A stretch of 64,000 nucleotides of DNA from Eledone cirrhosa (GCA_964016885.1 OZ024745.1:50902001-50966000); one strand, 5' to 3'. Shown: positions 26,170 through 40,735, counted from the first letter of the stretch. The notes: generated from the sequence alone by a model not told the origin. Numbers and translations are program-made.

Positions 26170-29100
26170 AAGAGAGTTCCGTGTAGTAGATAGAGAGAGG
26201 GGGACAGTTTGGTGTTAATTGATATAAGAGAGGTATTTGAAGAGAGTTCCGTGTAGTAGATAGAGAGAGGGGACAGTTTGGTGTTAATTGATATAAGAGA
26301 GGTATTTGAAGAGAGTTCCGTGTAGTAGATAGAGAGAGGGGGACAGTTTGGTGTTAATTGATATAAGAGAGGTATTTGAAGAGAGTTCCGTGTAGTAGAT
26401 AGAGAGAGGGGGACAGTTTGGTGTTAATTGATATAAGAGAGGTATTTGAAGAGAGTTCCGTGTAGTAGATAGAGAGAGGGGGACAGTTTGGTGTTAATTG
26501 ATATAAGAGAGGTATTTGAAGAGAGTTCCGTGTAGTAGATAGAGAGAGGGGGACAGTTTGGTGTTAATTGATATAAGAGAGGTATTTGAAGAGAGTTCCG
26601 TGTAGTAGATAGAGAGAGGGGGACAGTTTGGTGTTAATTGATATAAGAGAGGTATTTGAAGAGAATTCCGTGTAGTAGATAGAGAGAGAGGGACAGTTTG
26701 GTGTTAATTGATATAAGAGAGGTATTTGAAGAGAGTTCCGTGTAGTAGATAGAGAGAGGGGGACAGTTTGGTGTTAATTGATTTAAGAGAGGTATTTGAA
26801 GAGAGTTCCGTGTAGTAGATAGAGAGAGGGGGACAGTTTGGTGTTAATTGATATAAGAGAGGTATTTGAAGAGAGTTCCGTGTAGTAGATAGAGAGAGGG
26901 GGACAGTTTGGTGTTAATTGATATAAGAGAGGTATTTGAAGAGAGTTCCGTGTAGTAGATAGAGAGAGGGGGACAGTTTGGTGTTAATTGATATAAGAGA
27001 GGTATTTGAAGAGAGTTCCATGTAGTAGATAGAGAGAGGGGACAGTTTGGTGTTAATTGATATAAGAGAGGTATTTGAAGAGAGTTCCGTGTAGTAGATA
27101 GAGAGAGGGGACAGTTTGGTGTTAATTGATATAAGAGAGGTATTTGAAGAGAGTTCCGTGTAGTAGATAGAGAGAGGGGGACAGTTTGGTGTTAATTGAT
27201 ATAAGAGAGGTATTTGAAGAGAGTTCCGTGTAGTAGATAGAGAGAGGGGGACAGTTTGGTGTTAATTGATATAAGAGAGGTATTTGAAGAGAGTTCCGTG
27301 TAGTAGATAGAGAGAGGGGGACAGTTTGGTGTTAATTGATATAAGAGAGGTATTTGAAGAGAGTTCCGTGTAGTAGATAGAGAGAGGGGGACAGTTTGGT
27401 GTTAATTGATATAAGAGAGGTATTTGAAGAGAGTTCCGTGTAGTAGATAGAGAGAGGGGGACAGTTTGGTGTTAATTGATATAAGAGAGGTATTTGAAGA
27501 GAGTTCCGTGTAGTAGATAGAGAGAGGGGGACAGTTTGGTGTTAATTGATATAAGAGAGGTATTTGAAGAGAATTCCGTGTAGTAGATAGAGAGAGGGGG
27601 ACAGTTTGGTGTTAATTGATATAAGAGAGGTATTTGAAGAGAGTTCCGTGTAGTAGATAGAGAGAGGGGGACAGTTTGGTGTTAATTGATTTAAGAGAGG
27701 TATTTGAAGAGAGTTCCGTGTAGTAGATAGAGAGAGGGGGACAGTTTGGTGTTAATTGATTTAAGAGAGGTATTTGAAGAGAGTTCCGTGTAGTAGATAG
27801 AGAGAGGGGGACAGTTTGGTGTTAATTGATATAAGAGAGGTATTTGAAGAGAGTTCCGTGTAGTAGATAGAGAGAGGGGGACAGTTTGGTGTTAATTGAT
27901 ATAAGAGAGGTATTTGAAGAGAGTTCCGTGTAGTAGATAGAGAGAGGGGGACAGTTTGGTGTTAATTGATATAAGAGAGGTATTTGAAGAGAGTTCCGTG
28001 TAGTAGATAGAGAGAGGGGGACAGTTTGGTGTTAATTGATATAAGAGAGGTATTTGAAGAGAGTTCCGTGTAGTAGATAGAGAGAGGGGGACAGTTTGGT
28101 GTTAATTGATATAAGAGAGGTATTTGAAGAGAGTTCCGTGTAGTAGATAGAGAGAGGGGGACAGTTTGGTGTTAATTGATATAAGAGAGGTATTTGAAGA
28201 GAGTTCCGTGTAGTAGATAGAGAGAGGGGGACAGTTTGGTGTTAATTGATATAAGAGAGGTATTTGAAGAGAGTTCCGTGTAGTAGATAGAGAGAGGGGG
28301 ACAGTTTGGTGTTAATTGATTTAAGAGAGGTATTTGAAGAGAGTTCCGTGTAGTAGATAGAGAGAGGGGGACAGTTTGGTGTTAATTGATTTAAGAGAGG
28401 TATTTGAAGAGAGTTCCGTGTAGTAGATAGAGAGAGGGGGACAGTTTGGTGTTAATTGATTTAAGAGAGGTATTTGAAGAGAGTTCCGTGTAGTAGATAG
28501 AGAGAGGGGGATAGTTTGGTGTTAATTGATATAAGAGAGGTATTTGAAGAGAGTTCCGTGTAGTAGATAGAGAGAGAGGGACAGTTTGGTGTTAATTGAT
28601 TTAAGAGAGGTATTTGAAGAGAGTTCCGTGTAGTAGATAGAAAGAGGGGGACAGTTTGGTGTTAATTGATTTAAGAGAGGTATTTGAAGAGAGTTCCGTG
28701 TAGTAGATAGAGAGAGGGGGACAGTTTGGTGTTAATTGATATAAGAGAGGTATTTGAAGAGAGTTCCGTGTAGTAGATATAGAGAGGGGGACAGTTTGGT
28801 GTTAATTGATATAAGAGAGGTATTTGAAGAGAGTTCCGTGTAGTAGATAGAGAGAGGGGGACAGTTTGGTGTTAATTGATTTAAGAGAGGTATTTGAAGA
28901 GAGTTCCGTGTAGTAGAGAGAGGGGGACAGTTTGGTGTTAATTGATATAAGAGAGGTATTTGAAGAGAGTTCCGTGTAGTAGATAGAGAGCGGGGGACAG
29001 TTTGGTGTTAATTGATATAAGAGAGGTATTTGAAGAGAGTTCCGTGTAGTAGATAGAGAGAGGGGGACAATTTGGTGTTAATTGATATAAGAGAGGTATT

Positions 29101-30448
29101 TGAAGAGAGTTCCGTGTAGTAGATAGAGAGAGGGGGACAGTTTGGTGTTAATTGATATAAGAGAGGTATTTGAAGAGAGTTCCGTGTAGTAGATAGAGAG
29201 AGGGGGACAGTTTGGTGTTAATTGATATAAGAGAGGTATTTGAAGAGAGTTCCGTGTAGTAGATAGAGAGAGGGGGACAGTTTGGTGTTAATTGATATAA
29301 GAGAGGTATTTGAAGAGAGTTCCGTGTAGTAGATAGAGAGAGGGGGACAGTTTGGTGTTAATTGATATAAGAGAGGTATTTGAAGAGAGTTCCGTGTAGT
29401 AGATAGAGAGAGGGGGACAGTTTGGTGTTAATTGATATAAGAGAGGTATTTGAAGAGAGTTCCGTGTAGTAGATAGAGAGAGGGGGACAGTTTGGTGTTA
29501 ATTGATATAAGAGAGGTATTTGAAGAGAGTTCCGTGTAGTAGATAGAGAGAGGGGGACAGTTTGGTGTTAATTGATATAAGAGAGGTATTTGAAGAGAGT
29601 TCCGTGTAGTAGATAGAGAGAGGGGGACAGTTTGGTGTTAATTGATATAAGAGAGGTATTTGAAGAGAGTTCCGTGTAGTAGATAGAGAGAGGGGGACAG
29701 TTTGGGGTTAATTGATATAAGAGAGGTATTTGAAGAGAGTTCCGTGTAGTAGATAGAGAGAGGGGGACAGTTTGGTGTTAATTGATATAAGAGAGGTATT
29801 TGAAGAGAGTTCCGTGTAGTAGATAGAGAGAGGGGGACAGTTTGGTGTTAATTGATATAAGAGAGGTATTTGAAGAGAGTTCCGTGTAGTAGATAGAGAG
29901 AGGGGGACAGTTTGGTGTTAATTGATATAAGAGAGGTATTTGAAGAGAGTTCCGTGTAGTAGATAGAGAGAGGGGGACAGTTTGGTGTTAATTGATATAA
30001 GAGAGGTATTTGAAGAGAGTTCCGTGTAGTAGATATAGAGAGGGGGACAGTTTGGTGTTAATTGATATAAGAGAGGTATTTGAAGAGAGTTCCGTGTAGT
30101 AGATAGAGAGAGGGGGACAGTTTGGTGTTAATTGATTTAAGAGAGGTATTTGAAGAGAGTTCCGTGTAGTAGAGAGAGGGGGACAGTTTGGTGTTAATTG
30201 ATATAAGAGAGGTATTTGAAGAGAGTTCCGTGTAGTAGATAGAGAGCGGGGGACAGTTTGGTGTTAATTGATATAAGAGAGGTATTTGAAGAGAGTTCCG
30301 TGTAGTAGATAGAGAGAGGGGGACAATTTGGTGTTAATTGATATAAGAGAGGTATTTGAAGAGAGTTCCGTGTAGTAGATAGAGAGAGGGGGACAGTTTG
30401 GTGTTAATTGATATAAGAGAGGTATTTGAAGAGAGTTCCGTGTAGTAG
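26170..30448. repeat. 70-bp satellite array, ~61 copies, in intron 4
   Basis: Unit gagagttccgtgtagtagatagagagagggggacagtttggtgttaattgatataagagaggtatttgaa; degenerate precursor copies at 25780-26170. Confidence 0.98.
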
Positions 30449-31931
30449 TGTGTGTTTCGGTAGTTTCTCCCCAAACTACCAAAACACATCTATTCGGATA
30501 TATGCGCTACAATTTATGTACATGTTATGTTCATCGCATATTGAAGTTTTCCGACCATTTTAGAGTTTAAAGAGCTAAAATAATCACTATAACTAAATTG
30601 ACCAACTTTTCCCCGCCTTCTCCAATTATTTATATACAAACAGTTCGTGAAGTTTGGAGCATGATAAACCTACAGCTTGATGACACAACCAAAACAAGAC
30701 AGAGTTATCTCTCATACTATGGATACCGTGATTAACATGATTAATAGAACACCAGACAATTGTCAACAACATATTGGTAAGCGATTTTCATATTAGCTAC
30801 TAGACGTTGTTGTATTAAATATGTGTCAATCATTCATTTATACATAGATACATGATGGTTGCAACTTGATTTCGAGTAATGTCATCGCCTGATACTTAAG
30901 CATGTGCATCATAGATATGACTTTTTTGTTCTGCTAGGAACTTATCAATGGCCAACCATGCCATGCATCGCAAAAAATGTCATATATCAAGCGATGCTTG
31001 TGCTTGAAGCTTTTTGAAGTGAGGAGGAAAGCTTTGCGTGGGACAAATCCCACTTTCTGAACATCGAATGCATTTACCCAAAAAGTAGAACTGGATGCAC
31101 ACGAAGTCGCAGGTTTTATATCAGAATGATCTCTTAGAGAGATGTCTTAATGAAGACTAGGAATCTCCTACTCCACGAAAAAAAAAAAAAAAAAATCTAT
31201 TGGATAGCTGTTGTCTCCTAGGTTCCTGCGCCCTCTGATGGGTCTTGTTATCGCAGGGTGTCCCAAATCACCCATCTCACCAAGGAAGCTTGATGGGGTT
31301 GCCGGTTTCATCGCCAAAGAACCGACCATGCAGAGGCTGTATTGGGTTACATGTTAACAGTAGCGCTGAAGAGTGACCTGGCACATATAAATATATACAT
31401 ACATAAATATATTGTCCACCTCATGCAAGCGTGGAACAATGGACTAAAATGATGATCAATATGATGATGATGATAGACAAATGGATAGATATTTTATATA
31501 TCGTGATCATCATCCGCATTTAACGTCCACCTTCCAAGTTAGGTATATGGTTTGGATGCACGAATGGTCGGGAGGTTAAGATGTTTTCTTCCCATCACTA
31601 TTGTGAAGTTTTTTGTTCGATAGCACTGCGGGGCATCTCGTGTAAATGTCTTTTACTACAGCTTTGGTTCGGCCCATGCCTTCTCGTGAAGTCTTGTACA
31701 AATGCTTGTCAGCTATACTGTATTGTACCACTAATTCAAATGTGACACCATGTCACGTTAACTTAATGAGGGCTCGTTCAAATGATCAAACAATCAGACG
31801 CTCATATGTTGATGATCCAGGTTCGTTGTGTTATATGTATGCTTTCGATCCCTATAATCTCGGGTTAACCAATACCGTGTACACCCACAGCATTGACAAA
31901 TATTTATAGAGTGTAATGTATTATAGCATAC

Positions 31932-32088
31932 CTTTCTATAGGGTTTCTTAGTAGTACGATGACTTTAACGTCAGGCGTAAAGTGATGAATGTAATGAGCG
32001 TTTAACAATTCTGGTTCGTCAAGGTTAGCGTTGCCCGGTAGTGAAGTCCAAAAATCATTGTCCCATAGTGTCGAAGCACTTGAGTCAC
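31932..32088 (-). CDS. CHST15: Carbohydrate sulfotransferase 15-like, coding exon 4
   Basis: ttgcaag|GT GAC...GAA AG|gtatgc, phase 1 to 2; encodes DSSASTLWDN...PDVKVIVLLRNPIER (3'-PB motif). Confidence 0.9.
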
Positions 32089-32190
32089 CTTGCAATGAAA
32101 CAAAAACAATCTAGTACTTTGAAGAAAGACAGCTATAATGATGAATATATGAATGCATAACAAACAAGTATACAACTCAAATGCACTCAC

Positions 32191-32255
<65 letters not shown>

Positions 32256-32324
32256 GTATACCACCGATTTTCTGATGACCTTATTTCCAGACCTGTGTCC
32301 ACTTTGCGGAAGTAAAAAACCCTA

Positions 32325-32650
32325 AAATTTTGGGAGAGGGGAAACTTGATTAAGTCGACCCCAGTGCGTTACTAGTACTTTATTTTGTCGACGCTGTAAG
32401 GATGAAAGGCAAATCTAACCTCGGTGGGATTTGAACTCAGAACGTAAAGGGCCATAACTATATGCCGAAAAGCATGTTTTCCGATGTTCTACTGATACTG
32501 CCAATCCAACGCCCTCATAATAATGTTTTCTGATATAGGCACAAGGTCAACGATTTTGGGGGAGGGGAACATTGTTTAAATCAACCCCAGTACGTTACTT
32601 TATTTTATCGATCCTGAAAGGATGAAAGGCAAAGTTGACATCAGCTGACC
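32325..32650 (-). mobile_element. Two diverged SINE copies (G-rich insert variant)
   Basis: Core aaggatgaaaggcaaa and gggatttgaactcag, plus ttttgggggagggg insert. Confidence 0.75.
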
Positions 32651-33304
32651 ACTAAGCATTTCTCTGACGTTCTAACATCTCTGCAGATGTAAGTTTGCTT
32701 ATTATAATCACTATTATCATTTATGTATTCGTTTAAGTTAGTTATTCACTCCATTTGTATTCTACGTGTATGCCTTTGTTTGGGGGACAAAGAGATGTTA
32801 GAATTGGTTCGGATACGGAATATAATTACTGGCTTTAAGTTGATGATACTATGTTGGAGCGAATAGCGGCGTAGATTTACAGACCTTCTTAGTGAGAAGA
32901 GGGATATCTATAGTAATGTTCAAGTTACTTATCTACAGGTATTTTAGAAAGGTATTGGGGAAAGGTATATTATTGATATCTAAATTGTTTCGATTACACT
33001 GTATCAACGATATCTATAAATACTTGTGTGATTACTCCCGTCTAGTAATTGAAAGAATTTTAATATATCTGCACTTGTATATCATTTTGAGATTTTTATA
33101 TAACAGGGTTGTATAAGGAAAGAATTGCAGGAAAGATTTTGCGAGCAAAGACAATCGGGTGGATGCCCAAAAGAAAATCATGAGTGAGATAGTTGGATAA
33201 CATCTATAACCACGGAAGAAGAAGAAGGTTTTTCAGAGAAAATATAGGTTTTACAAAGTTAAAAAAAAATACAAAATGTAAACAGAACACCGCAGGCACC
33301 TTAC

Positions 33305-33400
33305 TTGTAATTTTTGAGTGGGCTTTATCCAATTGTATTTGTTCGGCAGCTCCATCAAATAAATCAACATATATATTAATTGATGAGATGTTCTTCTCAC
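33305..33400 (-). CDS. CHST15: Carbohydrate sulfotransferase 15-like, coding exon 3
   Basis: cttttag|GT GAG...ACA A|gtaagg, 96 nt, phase 1 to 1; encodes YVDLFDGAAEQI, matching the CHST15 Y.DLFD.AA..I motif. Confidence 0.88.
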
Positions 33401-34425
33401 CTAAAAGAGAACGAAACAAAATTTGCGGTTAAATAAGACTGTCTGGGTTAGTGTACAATCGAAATAAGCAGTGATTCATTAGATTTTCATGGATATAGGG
33501 GATAACCCATTGCAGATTTCACATTCAAGTATTGATTCAAGTGATTTAAATTTATTCAAATGATTTACATTTATTGATTTCGCATATCATACAATTATGG
33601 TGCTGTTCACAATTGTAAACGATCTCTACTTCCTCACATTACCTGTTTAAAATTAAGTGTATTTATAAGAAAACCAAATGGTATATGAAATATGTACACT
33701 CCATTTGAGAGGCTGATATACAAAACAATTTAATCAATTATGATTCTACAAAATCGCTGTTACAGACATATTTTGAAAATTATAAGTTGGTCGGGTTAAA
33801 ATATCACATACACATACAGATGTGAGCGCATACACACAAACACTTATCCACAAAATCATCACGTCTATGTCCAAATATACAAACGTGTGTGGATAGAGGG
33901 ATTTAATGGCATTGAAATTTGATTCAGTTCCTGGACTCCCAAGAGAATCATTTGTGTCAGTATTTCGTTTCAATTTCAAGGCTTCGCGTTGACAAGAGAT
34001 AAATTTCACAGTGGATAGAAGGCAAGTCAACAACGGGTAACTTAACAGATGATCAAATATTTATTCCTGTCAGCTCAGTTAGCTGAGCACTTAAGATTAA
34101 CTGTATTTGCTCCAAAACACAATTGAAAACCTACACTAACTCTAGCGTTTCTTGTTACCTTTTTTTTTTTTTTTTGATATTAGTAACCGCAAATAAGAAC
34201 AAAACTCAATTCCCTTGCAGGTCCCCTAAAACTAAAGAACAGAAATAATTATGGTGTTTAGCCCCAGGTCAATCCTGATCGCCAGGTCTATGATCAAAAT
34301 TATAGCAGGCGTTAATTTTCCGGCAATTTTCTAATTATCTATTGTGTCCCTCCCTTTTTGAAACATGATGCTAGGTCCTTTCACTTGTTTTGTTGGAAAA
34401 AGAATCTCATGATTTCTGTAATAAT

Positions 34426-34747
34426 TGTTTCTACATTTGGCACAAGGCCAGCAATTATCCCAGTGTATTACTGGTACTTTATTTTATCGACCCCGTAAGG
34501 ATGAAAGGCAAGTAATAATGGTTTCTTATATAGACACAAGGCCAGCAATTTTTTTTGGGGGGGGGGGGGGAGGAAAGTCGATAAAATCGACCCCAATGCG
34601 TGACTGGTACTTTATTTTATCGATCCCGTAAGGATGAAAGGCAAAGATAACCTCGGCGGGATTTGAACTCAGATCATAAAGGACCGCAACTCTATGCTGA
34701 AAAGCATGGCGTCCGACCCTCTACCGATACTGCCAATCCACGGCCCT
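34426..34747 (-). mobile_element. Composite (dimeric) SINE under a single 17-bp TSD
   Basis: TSD atgatttctgtaataat at 34409-34425 and 34748-34764 encloses one full SINE and one 3'-half SINE. Confidence 0.82.
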
Positions 34748-35318
34748 ATGATTTCTGTAATAATGATTCCTAATTTAGGCACAAAACATCGATTTGATGG
34801 GGGTGAGCAGTCAATTAGATCGATTCCAGTGCGTTACTTGTACCCTATTTTATTGACTTCAGAAGGATGAATGGCAAAGTTAACCTCTGTGAGATTTGAA
34901 ATCAGGACACAAAAGGTTGTAACTAAATGTTGCAAAACATTCTGTCTGATGATCGAACGATTCTGTCAATCTAACAATAATAATTTAATTCTTGAAAATG
35001 TACACAGAACATGTTTAAATCGATTTATGTATATTGATACTATTTATATTATTGTTTTTGATAGGAATGGAGAGCAGAGTTGACCTCGGACTGAAGATCC
35101 TTTTCTTCTTCTTCAGTAAGATAGACATTGAACAATAATAAACTAATTATTATAGACTTAAGGAGGAAAATGCAAAAATCGATTTTGAAATGTGAAGCTG
35201 TGATTTCGTTAGCGTAAGGCATATGATTCGGCTTTCCATCCCTATTCTTCATTCTTAAAGTTTAGTGCATTCAATTAAATAGAAAATAAATAAAGTATAA
35301 AATATCCACATTACTTAC

Positions 35319-35652
35319 GGAGTTCAACAAACCTCATTCTCGTCCACCAATGAGGTTCTTTTCTTTGTCCTTTTACAATATCGGGGTGGACGTTGAGGCG
35401 TCGATAGAAATCTGTTGTTCCTGATTTAGGCATACCCGCAACATAAAGATATGGAAGACACCGTAATCGTTTCAGTTTCGTACTGCTGTTCGTCTTACTC
35501 AGTAGTTTCCCCCATTTGATGGTTAATCGAATCATTTCTTTCTGCGTGTTCTCATTTAAACTCAAGTAAGGGTTGTCTACATAAACACCAGCTGAATGTA
35601 TAGTTTCAAACCAACATGGGTTTCGGTAATTGAACAAGAAACGAGGTACGTC
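35319..35652 (-). CDS. CHST15: Carbohydrate sulfotransferase 15-like, coding exon 2
   Basis: ttttaaag|GAC...CTC C|gtaagt, phase 0 to 1; encodes PRFLFNYRNPCW...RLRCLPYLYVAGMPKSGTTDFY (5'-PSB loop)...HPD...KEPHWWTRMRF. Confidence 0.95.
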
Positions 35653-36424
35653 CTTTAAAAGACAGAAAACAAAGGACAAAAAAAAGATATTAATCGTGGT
35701 GGTGGTGATAGTGGTGATTATGATAATGATCTTTTCTTTATTAAACACAAGAGCTTACAAAAAACACATAGGATGGTACAAAACGATGTAGTCTCGGTTT
35801 GCAATCAAATATTTAAAAGGTGATATAACTAAAACAAAAGTGGTAACAATAACTAATCGAAACACAGAAAAATTCCTTAAAAAGAGGGAGATCTCTGAGA
35901 GCTTCTTAGGAATCCCACACCCTAAAAGAAGAATAAAAGAAAAGCACGTTCACTTTGACCACTAAAGTAAGTACCCTTTTCCAGCTGTTTTTCTCCAATT
36001 TGCTTGTTACATTCTCAGAGCAGGTCTGTTTACTCTAATCATACTCGCCTCGCCAATTTCATCCATCTTTCAATAAATTTGCTGAGAAGCGACATTTCAA
36101 TCTTTACACATCTTTCTTTTTGAAATTTGAAAAAGGTGACGATGGCTTCGCCAAAGAATAAAGTCTCATCAGCTCATTCATTCTCACCCTCTATACAACC
36201 ATTTTTGGTATGGTCACAACATAACTAAATACTGCTTCCCATGACATTCCCATCCAAGCAACGGTCTTCACAATGGACTTTGACAGTTGGTGTTGCGGCT
36301 CCTTTTAAGAATTTGGATACAACCAATAGAGCGGAACAGTTAAAAGAGTAAACCCAGAACTCTAAAATTATACGATCTCACTCTTATTGCAGTTTCACAC
36401 ACATACACACACGCACACGCGCAA

Positions 36425-36484
<60 letters not shown>

Positions 36485-36575
36485 ATACATATATATATAC
36501 ATATATATATACATATATATATACATATATATACATATATATATACATATATATATATATATACATATATATATA

Positions 36576-36657
<82 letters not shown>

Positions 36658-36661
36658 CATA

Positions 36662-38163
36662 TAGTTATACTTTGGGAGGGTCATGTTGCCAATAAGAAAC
36701 ACACGCACCAGTTGCTTTCACTTCAATTTATTATATATTTATAAATTTATAAGTTTCTGGTTGGTTGGTTGGTTCCACAACCAGATAGTTGTTTATATAT
36801 AGTCATAGTTCTTTCGTCACACACTCTGTGACCTCTTCAGTGACTGGGGATTCCTTTCTTTGTTTCTGTGCCTCTCCTTTGTTCTGTCCTACGCCTTTTT
36901 GTTTGTGTGTGTGTGTTGTGTGCTCAGTCTGCGCATGCGCCACATCCGGGTGTCTGTGTGTGCTTATGTTCATTTATTTATTTGTTTATTTACATGTTAC
37001 TGGTTGGTTGTTTGTTCTATGTGTGTGTGTGTTTTCATTTTGTCCTTAATTGTAAGTTGTGATGTTGCTGTTCCACTCATATTTTCTATTTAATTTTCGT
37101 TGTAATTCTTTTATGTTTATTGCCTCTGTAATTTGTCTAAACATTGCGTCTTTTCTGTGTGTAGATTCTATTTTTATTTCTATGTTCTCTAATTTACCCT
37201 TGTGTTCTATTTTAGCATGTTGGTAGAGTACAGATGATTCTTTATTATTTTGAAGGTCTCGCCAGTGTTCATTTATCCGTTCCCCTACACTACGAGCTGT
37301 CTCACTTATGTAGACTATATTTTTGTCTCTACATTGTCCTTCAGTACATCTTATGCTATACACTACATTTATAGTTTTACAGTTAATATGGGGGCTTATT
37401 TTACAGGTTATACATTTCTTATCTATACATGAGGGTCTTTGAAAAGGGTATGTCTTGCTAATAAGTGTTTTTATGGAGGTACCTGGTCTTTCTACTATCT
37501 TAATATTGAGTTTATGTTTATTTAGGGCCCTTCTAAATTTGTAAGCTAATTCACATCTAGGGGTTGTATCGATGAACATTACACTCTGGTATTTATTGCT
37601 ATCATACCATGAGTTTATTCTATTGGCCTTGTTCCTAGTTCTTTCTATTCTATTCCAAAATTTGCTCCTATACAAGGGGCAGGTCCCATTTATGTCATTA
37701 TTTACCATTTTATCCCATTTGGTTCTGGCTCCTCTATACACTCTGATTTTTTCTCTCTGATTGTAGCCAGAGAACTGCATACGGTGGATGAAGTGTTGTA
37801 TGTGTCTCTCTAGTTCTTCGGGGTTGCACATGCGGGACACATTTCTCATCACCCGTACCAAATCCGCAATCAGTATGTTGATTTTGGTATGGTCCGAAAT
37901 GGCCGAGTTTCGGTGGATCAGATGTTTGGAAGTCATGGGTTTGGCATAATGGGAATTGAGGATTTGCCAAACCCATGACTTCCAAATATCTGATCCACCG
38001 AAACTCGGCCATTATATTATTGAATTATATTATTAATAAATTGAAGTGAAAGCAACTGGTGCGTGTGTTTCTTATTGGCAACATGACCCTCCCAAAGTAT
38101 AACAATATCGGTTTCAACACACGATTTCAGATAAAGAATCTTGCTAAACAAATTCAGAAACGA
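36662..38163 (-). mobile_element. Penelope-like element 3' part (GIY-YIG) with inverted pseudo-LTR
   Basis: 296-aa ORF 37046-37936 with C..C...C...NVVYSIRC...VYISETAR...RINEH...QITEAINI. 38020-38102 is the reverse complement of 36665-36745. Confidence 0.9.
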
Positions 38164-38164
38164 C

Positions 38165-38335
<171 letters not shown>

Positions 38336-38955
38336 CATATATATATACATATATGGCGTCTCTCGAAACGTAACAACCTCCTGTATCGAACTAAGGAACA
38401 CCAGACTACGATCTCTAACTGGATTGTCGTGGATTATGTGAAAGGCATATAATCGAAATATACACTCCCTTGACCATGAAAATGCCGAAGTACATGAATT
38501 ACGTGACATCCCTGCGTTGTGCATCTCCAACACTTATAACACTTTTAATGCTTGCACTATCTTTAATGTTTATAATATTTCTCCACACACAGACTACATC
38601 AATCATATAAAGACTTTGCCACCAGATCTACCAACCTAACACTCTTATTTACCTACCTAAGTGCCTCTACCACACATATCTCTCTGCCACACTATATAAA
38701 CAAGACGCACATGCGTGCCACACATATAACATTTGCACTATATAACCACTTATCTTCATGTTGTACTTTAACCTATATCTTTGATTTTTGATTGTACCTA
38801 TTAATATAAATGTAATCTCGAAGTGTGTACTGCCACTCTAAATTTTGTAATGAATGTTGACCCACAATGTTTGAATATGTATCAATGTTTGAATATGTAT
38901 TGGTATGTCTCTCGGCTGAAAAGGAGGTCATATAACTGTCCATGCATTAATAAAT

Positions 38956-39002
38956 TGCTCCGAAGAATCCAAACCTCGGTTTGGAGGAAACAGCTGTAAG
39001 CA
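38956..39002 (+). ncRNA. Type I hammerhead ribozyme motif (U4C variant)
   Basis: TGCT-CCGAAGA-a-TCCAAAC(ctcg)GTTTGGA-g-GAAA-CAGCTG-TA-AGCA, at the end of a probable PLE 3' remnant (38355-39040). Confidence 0.75.
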
Positions 39003-39039
39003 CAATAATGTTTTGAACAGTTCTTTGATTCTTATATTT

Positions 39040-39125
<86 letters not shown>

Positions 39126-39131
39126 CATATA

Positions 39132-39972
39132 GTGGACAGCTTCCGTTACCTGGGCGATAAAATCAGCAGTGGGGGAGGGTGCTCTGAAAGTACTGTAGCT
39201 AGAGTCAGAACTGGTTGGAAAAAGTTCAGAGAGCTTATACCACTATTAGCTGCTAAAGGGTTCTCCCTAAAAATGAAAGGCAGGTTGTACGATGCCTGCA
39301 TACGAACAGCAATGTTGCATGGTAGTGAGACCTGGGCATTGTGTGCAGAGGATATACGCAGACTAGAGAGGAACGAAGCTTGCATGCTCCGCTGGATGTG
39401 TAACAGTAATATACGTGAACGGCAAAGCATAAACGAACTAAGGAAAAAATTAGAGATAAGAGGGATCAGATGTTGTTTACTCGAGAGAAGGCTGCGTTGG
39501 TATGGACACGTGATGCGCATGAAAGTCGATAGCTGTATTACAAAGTGCAGGGCAATAAAGATAGACGGTAGCCACGGAATAGGCAGACCTAGAAAAACAT
39601 GGGATGAGCTGATAAACTCCGACCTCACACACTTACACCTCTCCAAGACAATGTCACTGGACCGTGACCTTTGGCGGTACTCAGTAACAGAGAAGACCCG
39701 CCTTGCCAGTAGGCATCTCTAACAAACTACACCCCGTCCCACCACCAACCCCACCCCATCCACACCACCCCGTTCTATGTAAAGTTATGTTGGTGCCGCG
39801 CCATCCAGGCCGAAACAAATGAGATCGTGTAGGTGTCACGACAAAAAAACACACAGTCCACGCTGTAATGTGGCCGTGTAGGCAACACGGTAAAAACCTC
39901 CCAGACCCACACTGTAAATGTGGTTGGTGTTAGGAAGGGCATCCAACTGTAGAAAACCTGCCAGACAGTCCA
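39132..39972 (+). mobile_element. RTE LINE 3' fragment, near-identical to 11370-12435
   Basis: The 196-aa ORF is almost identical to ORF 11807-12340; the fragment is embedded in (TA)n on both sides. Confidence 0.92.
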
Positions 39973-40072
39973 TATATATGTATATAGATATATATGTATA
40001 TAGATATATATGTATATAGATATATATGTATATAGATATATATGTATATAGATATATATGTATATAGATATA

Positions 40073-40141
<69 letters not shown>

Positions 40142-40144
40142 GTA

Positions 40145-40217
<73 letters not shown>

Positions 40218-40229
40218 GTATATATATAC

Positions 40230-40306
<77 letters not shown>

Positions 40307-40368
40307 TATCTATATACATATATATCTATATACATATATATCTATATACATATATATCTATATACATA

Positions 40369-40409
<41 letters not shown>

Positions 40410-40431
40410 ATATACATATATATCTATATAC

Positions 40432-40474
<43 letters not shown>

Positions 40475-40550
40475 CATATATATCTATATATCTATATACA
40501 TATATATATATATATCTATATACTATATATATATACATATATATATATAC

Positions 40551-40611
<61 letters not shown>

Positions 40612-40626
40612 TATATATATACACAC

Positions 40627-40657
<31 letters not shown>

Positions 40658-40735
40658 TATATATATACACACACATATACATATACACATATATATATAT
40701 ATATATACACACATATATATATATATACATATATT
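39973..40735. repeat. (TA)n-based microsatellite tract
   Basis: Continuous TA/TACA/TAGA repeats. Confidence 0.95.

Noticed and set aside
26170-30448. CRISPR array or coding repeat
   Set aside because: Head-to-tail identical 70-bp units, no spacers, and frequent stop codons.
35720-36300. Possible Tx1/L1-like LINE 3' remnant on the minus strand
   Set aside because: Too degenerate to show diagnostic motifs.
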